A stretch of 64,000 nt of DNA, from positions 13,292 to 77,291 of the forward strand of contig CAYFHO010000009.1 of the NCBI GenBank assembly GCA_964342825.1. Reading direction: 5' to 3'. The DNA is from an uncultured Verrucomicrobiota bacterium (GTDB taxonomy: Bacteria; Verrucomicrobiota; Verrucomicrobiia; Limisphaerales; AAA164-E04). Position numbers and translations under genes: made by a program. Each line of letters begins with the position of its first letter. Position 1 is the stretch's first letter. This document shows, piece after piece, positions 59,204 through 64,000 of the stretch. The notes below the pieces were generated by a model that saw nothing but the letters and a program-made list of their open reading frames with translations, had not been told where the DNA came from and did not search any database.

Positions 59204-60343
59204 ATGAATCAGGATTCTACCATTCGATCCGGAAGTCGAAATCCACGTGTAATTTTGCACGTCGATATGGATGCTTTTTTTGCATCGGTGGAACAACGAG
59301 ATCGCCCTGAACTTAGAGATAAACCGGTCATAGTGGGAGCCTCTCCGGAGCATCGTGGAGTGGTTTGCGCCGCCAGTTATGAAGCAAGAAAATTCGGAGT
59401 GCGTTCGGCACTGCCAAGTCGTACGGCAAAGAATTTGTGTCCTAATGGAATATTCGTGCAACCAAACCTCAGTAAATATCGTGCGGAATCGGAAATTATC
59501 ATGGATATCATCCGGTCTTACTGTGAAACCATCGAACAGGTATCGATCGATGAGGCCTACCTAGATATGACAAGGCAATGCTCTGCGGAATGTCCAGAAA
59601 GGAGCTTGCTCGCAGCCTTGCCCATTGCAAAAGAAATCAAAGAGCGGATCTTTTCGGAACGATCTATCACCATCAGTATCGGAATCGCTGGCAATAAGAT
59701 GCTATCCAAAATTGCAAGTGATTATGATAAACCAGATGGATTGATATTGATTCCAGATCGAGACAAAACAGCGTTCCTCGCATCGCTTCCTGTTCGAGCC
59801 ATTCATGGGGTTGGCAAAGCTTCAGAAATCATCTTGAAAAATGCCGGACTGAATACCGTCCTGGATATTCAGAATTATTCTGAGCCGCTGGAACATCTCT
59901 TGGGAAGTTATGGATCAATTCTCAAAGGGTTTGCTTTAGGAGAAGATGAACGTCCTGTTGAGTCGAACGATTCAGTAAAAAGTATCAGTAGTGAAACAAC
60001 ATTCAGGCAAGACACCGAGGATCGAATGGCATTGAAACAAGCGCTGAGGGATCAGTCAGAGGAAATTGCCCTGAAACTTCGTCGACACGGCTTGCATGCA
60101 CACACATTACAGGTCAAGGTTCGCTACAGCGACTTCACCACTCTTTCCCGTCAAATAACCTTGTCGGAAGGCACTCAAGATCCATCGGTCATTTACAGGA
60201 ATATATGTCAATTGTTGGCAAAGGATAGACTGGTGAATCAACCGCTTAGACTCATTGGTATTTCTGCAGCGAAGCTATGGGAGTTGGAACACTTCCAGAT
60301 GAAACTGCCTCTTGATTACCCCACTATGACAAACGGAAAATAG
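59204..60343 (+). CDS. dinB: DNA polymerase IV
   Basis: HVDMDAFFASVEQ, SYEARKFGV, SIDEAYLD, KPDG. Confidence 0.96.
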   Translation: MNQDSTIRSGSRNPRVILHVDMDAFFASVEQRDRPELRDKPVIVGASPEHRGVVCAASYEARKFGVRSALPSRTAKNLCPNGIFVQPNLSKYRAESEIIMDIIRSYCETIEQVSIDEAYLDMTRQCSAECPERSLLAALPIAKEIKERIFSERSITISIGIAGNKMLSKIASDYDKPDGLILIPDRDKTAFLASLPVRAIHGVGKASEIILKNAGLNTVLDIQNYSEPLEHLLGSYGSILKGFALGEDERPVESNDSVKSISSETTFRQDTEDRMALKQALRDQSEEIALKLRRHGLHAHTLQVKVRYSDFTTLSRQITLSEGTQDPSVIYRNICQLLAKDRLVNQPLRLIGISAAKLWELEHFQMKLPLDYPTMTNGK

Positions 60344-60347
60344 ACGC

Positions 60348-62375
60348 TTAAAAATCAGCCTGTATCAAGGCTCCCCCTACGATTTGTGGATGAGCTTTGT
60401 TAACGGATTCATCGTAAAGCCAGAGAACACTCACATCATCCATGTTTAAGAGAAGGTCGGTATGCCGATCAGGTAACTGACGTCTGGAAGGAGTGAAGGA
60501 CATGGTGTCATATTTTCCTGTGCTGGAAATTTTGATCCCATCCATCTTTCCGGCAAAAAAGGATGTCCCTGTTCCTTGAGCCGTGACCTCCGCTCCAATC
60601 AATAACGGAAATTGACTGGTGCTAGCGTTTTGATCAGCCGTTTCCTTTGCCACCTGCTTGCCATCTAAAAACAATAGCAATTCACCGGATTGGAATACTC
60701 CTGCGATATGATGCCATTGTTGTGTTGAAATGGTGTCTGCTTCACCTCCAAGACCCGATGCGACTGATCCGTCGTTCAAAAACACTTCGAAACTCGGTCT
60801 GCCTTCTCGAATCCCTAAACGAAATCCCGAATTTCCTTCTGCATTGGAAATTAAAGATATATCTTCTTTTAAATACGCGGCCTTGATCCAACACTCCACT
60901 GTAAAAGGCCCGCCAGTCAGATTGATCTGATCCGCATCGACTCGTAAATAATCCCCTTTCCCATCCAGTTTCAATACCGATTCGATGCTCGGTATCGAGG
61001 GTGTTGATATGTCGACTGTATGTGGAATATCATATGATTTGTTTTTGATAGGGTAGGATTTACCGTTCCTGCCGATGTATTCCAACTGAATATTGCAAAT
61101 TGGATTTCGCCAAGACAGATCCAGTGAATCCTGCCAACGAAATATTCGAAACATCATGTCCAGGCTTTTCCCTGCTGGAATCTGTCTCTCCAAATGATCA
61201 GGAGAAAAAATCCATCTTGAATCCAGACTGTGGAGATTTAATTTTGCATTAACAGGCTGCTTGGATGGATTGGTGAGTTTGATCCTTATAATCGAATCTG
61301 TGGAACCATCAGACTCAACCTTCAATCGATGGCTAAACTCAGGGAAAACACCGTTAAGCTGTCTGACACCATCGCTAATTTCTCCTGTAATTTCTCGAAC
61401 GTCCATGGTCTGCCCTACCGGCAATGATGCGACCGCGATTTGCTGTTTACGAACGGTGACCATGTGGAAATGATGCAGATTACCTGCTTGAGGTGATTGC
61501 CCCCCCTGGGAGCCCCCCGTAGTGGCCAGGGTAATATATTCGATGCCATCATAAGGACCGTCATATCGCATGCGATGAATGTGACCGGCAAAAACGGCTT
61601 TGACATTCCCCGCATCCACCAAAGTGTCGTGCACCTTGCCCCAATCATCTCCATAATTCCCTTTCAACCATCTTGGATGATGCAGGAATACAAATACGTG
61701 ATCTGCATTTGCTGATTTTTTAAGAGTGTCTTTTAACCAGGCCAGCTGACGATGGCTCATTCTTTGACTGTCCGGTTTGTTAATTGCTTTTTCACCTGTC
61801 TCCGGATTTCCTTCATCCGAATAGAGCACGATAAACCAGGCGTTTTTGTGTTCAAAGGCATACCATAAGGGAGCAAAATGTTGTTCGTAGTTCGATTCGT
61901 GCTCGCCTGGGGGTTTTCCAGCTCCGCGCCAATAAACATCGTGATTACCAGCAACCGGGAACCATGGCATCAGCAAACCATCCATGATACCCCGGAATTC
62001 CCGCATCTGAATCAACCATTCGACCTGTTGATTATACCCTTGAACCAAATCACCAACCGTCATCACCAGATCTGGTTCCAGTAAATTGATTTCATCCACA
62101 GCTTGCGCCAGGATTTTTACCCCTTCAGCAGGCCCTCCTGTTCTGTCCCCCAAAACAGCGAAGGAAAAGGAATCGTCCTCATTGGGGAGAGCCAGTTCGC
62201 GACCATTTCGGCTGGATTCAAATCGTCTAAGATCTACTTGAGATGGGTGAGGTAGGTTTGGTGCAGGACCTTGCGCCAGCAACCACGAGTGACACAAAAA
62301 CAAGGCAATCAAACAAAAGTTTATCCAAGGGCATAGAATAGGTCGAATGGTCATGTGGGGGAAGATTCTAGCCAT
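60348..62375 (-). CDS. Secreted calcineurin-like metallophosphoesterase with C-terminal LamG-like domain
   Basis: GDRT, GDLV, GNHD, HHP, GHIH; FTVECWIK, WHHIAGV, FLDGK. Confidence 0.88.
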   Translation of the reverse strand: MARIFPHMTIRPILCPWINFCLIALFLCHSWLLAQGPAPNLPHPSQVDLRRFESSRNGRELALPNEDDSFSFAVLGDRTGGPAEGVKILAQAVDEINLLEPDLVMTVGDLVQGYNQQVEWLIQMREFRGIMDGLLMPWFPVAGNHDVYWRGAGKPPGEHESNYEQHFAPLWYAFEHKNAWFIVLYSDEGNPETGEKAINKPDSQRMSHRQLAWLKDTLKKSANADHVFVFLHHPRWLKGNYGDDWGKVHDTLVDAGNVKAVFAGHIHRMRYDGPYDGIEYITLATTGGSQGGQSPQAGNLHHFHMVTVRKQQIAVASLPVGQTMDVREITGEISDGVRQLNGVFPEFSHRLKVESDGSTDSIIRIKLTNPSKQPVNAKLNLHSLDSRWIFSPDHLERQIPAGKSLDMMFRIFRWQDSLDLSWRNPICNIQLEYIGRNGKSYPIKNKSYDIPHTVDISTPSIPSIESVLKLDGKGDYLRVDADQINLTGGPFTVECWIKAAYLKEDISLISNAEGNSGFRLGIREGRPSFEVFLNDGSVASGLGGEADTISTQQWHHIAGVFQSGELLLFLDGKQVAKETADQNASTSQFPLLIGAEVTAQGTGTSFFAGKMDGIKISSTGKYDTMSFTPSRRQLPDRHTDLLLNMDDVSVLWLYDESVNKAHPQIVGGALIQADF

Positions 62376-62516
62376 GCTTCGCCAGAATTTGCAATAATTC
62401 TCATTTCAAATGATATGTTGTGGTTCGTGATTGTCATTTGAGAAAATATTCCATTAACTCATCGTAAGTTTTCCATGAGTCACCCATACTTTGAGTCAAA
62501 GATCTTGATTTTTGCT

Positions 62517-64000
62517 ATGAAAAAGAAAATCAGCATACTGATCCTGTTTGCATCCGTTTTAACACTCTCCTTTGTTCAAGCCGAAATTCGGGCATTGCCC
62601 AATGGAGTAAAGCCTACAGATAAACGATTGGCTCCACCAAAAGATCTGAATGGTTATTTCCCGTTCAATGTTCCAGCTAACTTGAAGGATTGGGAGCAAA
62701 GGGCAAGTCAGCTTCGCAAGCATTTACTTGTCATGAACGGACTTTGGCCGATGCCAACTCGCACCCCGCTCAATGCTGTAGTGCACGGCAAACTGGATCA
62801 GGGTGATTACACAGTAGAAAAGGTTTATTTTGAGAGTTTTCCTGGCTTCTTTGTGACAGGAAATCTTTATCGTCCCAAAGGATTTGAAGGCCCCCGACCA
62901 GGCATCCTAAGTCCCCATGGACATTGGTCCAATGGCAGATTCATGGAGAATCTGGATATCTGGAGTGAGTTGAATCAAGGGGCCGAACGATTCGAAAATG
63001 GTGGACGTTCTCCTCTCCAATCTCGCAACGTCCAATTGGCCAGAATGGGATGCATCGTCTTTCATTATGACATGGTAGGGTATGCTGACAGTGTGCAAAT
63101 TTCCGAGAATGTGGCTCATCGCTTCAGCAGGCAAAGGCCCGAAATGAATGATCCCAATCGATGGGGATTTTTCAGTCCACAAGCAGAATCACAACTTCAG
63201 AGCATCATGGGATTGCAGACCTGGAACTCCATACGTTCCCTCGATTTTTTGGTAAGTTTACCTGAGGTAGATGCACGGCGATTAGCCATCACTGGCGCCA
63301 GCGGGGGCGGAACACAGTCGTTCATCATGGGAGCTTTGGATAAGAGGTTGGCTGCATGTTTTCCTGCTGTCATGGTGTCTACTGCCATGCAAGGAGGTTG
63401 TACTTGCGAAAACGCATCCGGACTTAGGATTCCTGTCGGAAACGTGGAAATTGCTGCATTGGTCGCACCCAAACCACTGGGAATGACTGGAGCAAATGAC
63501 TGGACTGTTGAGATGAGCAGCAAAGGATTCCCTGAACTCAAAAAGTTGTATGAAATGTACGGCCATGGAGATCTTGTTTCCATAGCTCAACTCAATCATT
63601 TCGGTCACAACTATAACTACGTCAGTCGTTCTGCGATGTATCGATTCATGAACCGCCACCTGGACCTTCAACTTCCTGAGCCCATTGTGGAGCAAGATTA
63701 TGAGCGCCTCGGTAAAGAATCGTTGACCGTCTGGAGTGACGGACACGGGCTTCCTGAAGGCGGTGAGGAATTAGAGCGTAATTTAATCCAACACTGGCAC
63801 CGGGATGTTCAAAACAAACTTAAAGCCAGCCATCAAAGTCCTCACGCGTTTCGCAACCTGCACGGCCCGGGAATCGAGGCAATCATAGGACGTACTCTTA
63901 AAACTGCAGGGGAAGTCAGCCTGAGACTAACAAGTAAAACCGAGAATCCTGATCATATAGAAATGGTTGGCATCTTGGAAAACTCTACCTATGAGGAATC
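62517..64000 (+). CDS. Secreted alpha/beta-hydrolase, acetylxylan esterase-like (3' truncated; absent from the ORF track)
   Basis: Own translation: MKKKISILILFASVLTLSFVQA-EIRALP..., VEKVYFES, GNLYRP, PHGH, TGASGGGTQ, MQGGCTCEN; appears open to the window end. Confidence 0.85.
   Translation, partial: MKKKISILILFASVLTLSFVQAEIRALPNGVKPTDKRLAPPKDLNGYFPFNVPANLKDWEQRASQLRKHLLVMNGLWPMPTRTPLNAVVHGKLDQGDYTVEKVYFESFPGFFVTGNLYRPKGFEGPRPGILSPHGHWSNGRFMENLDIWSELNQGAERFENGGRSPLQSRNVQLARMGCIVFHYDMVGYADSVQISENVAHRFSRQRPEMNDPNRWGFFSPQAESQLQSIMGLQTWNSIRSLDFLVSLPEVDARRLAITGASGGGTQSFIMGALDKRLAACFPAVMVSTAMQGGCTCENASGLRIPVGNVEIAALVAPKPLGMTGANDWTVEMSSKGFPELKKLYEMYGHGDLVSIAQLNHFGHNYNYVSRSAMYRFMNRHLDLQLPEPIVEQDYERLGKESLTVWSDGHGLPEGGEELERNLIQHWHRDVQNKLKASHQSPHAFRNLHGPGIEAIIGRTLKTAGEVSLRLTSKTENPDHIEMVGILENSTYEE

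Noticed and set aside
1-64000. CRISPR arrays, tRNA/rRNA, IS elements, integrases, prophage or defence islands
   Set aside because: No regularly spaced repeats, cloverleafs, transposase or phage motifs seen by eye

Overview
A 64-kb core-chromosome segment from a bacterium. The gene content (RNase HIII, DapL, a DUF5069-like protein, a standalone OvoA-type methyltransferase, many Gfo/Idh/MocA and TIM-barrel sugar enzymes) suggests Verrucomicrobiota/PVC; this is an inference. It holds about 58 CDS, including proS (partial), glcD/glcF, lnt, purM, rpoD, uvrB, folD, rsmE-dnaJ-grpE, rnhC, mutY, panD, lpxD, tadA, dapL and dinB. I saw no rRNA, tRNA, CRISPR array, IS or prophage. Most notable: (1) a full-length eukaryote-type tripeptidyl-peptidase II homologue with an apparent signal peptide; (2) a standalone ovothiol-type methyltransferase near a divergent BioF/OvoB-like PLP enzyme; (3) two tiny membrane proteins plus CIA30 behind 11-bp-phased CarH/LitR-like repeats; (4) recurrent leaderless promoters, including an overlapping rnhC/mutY bidirectional promoter; (5) RpoD with a histone-H1-like tail and a structured leader; (6) a catalytically degenerate VapC; (7) a frameshifted GH43 gene. 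All family calls come from motif recognition by eye, not database searches.
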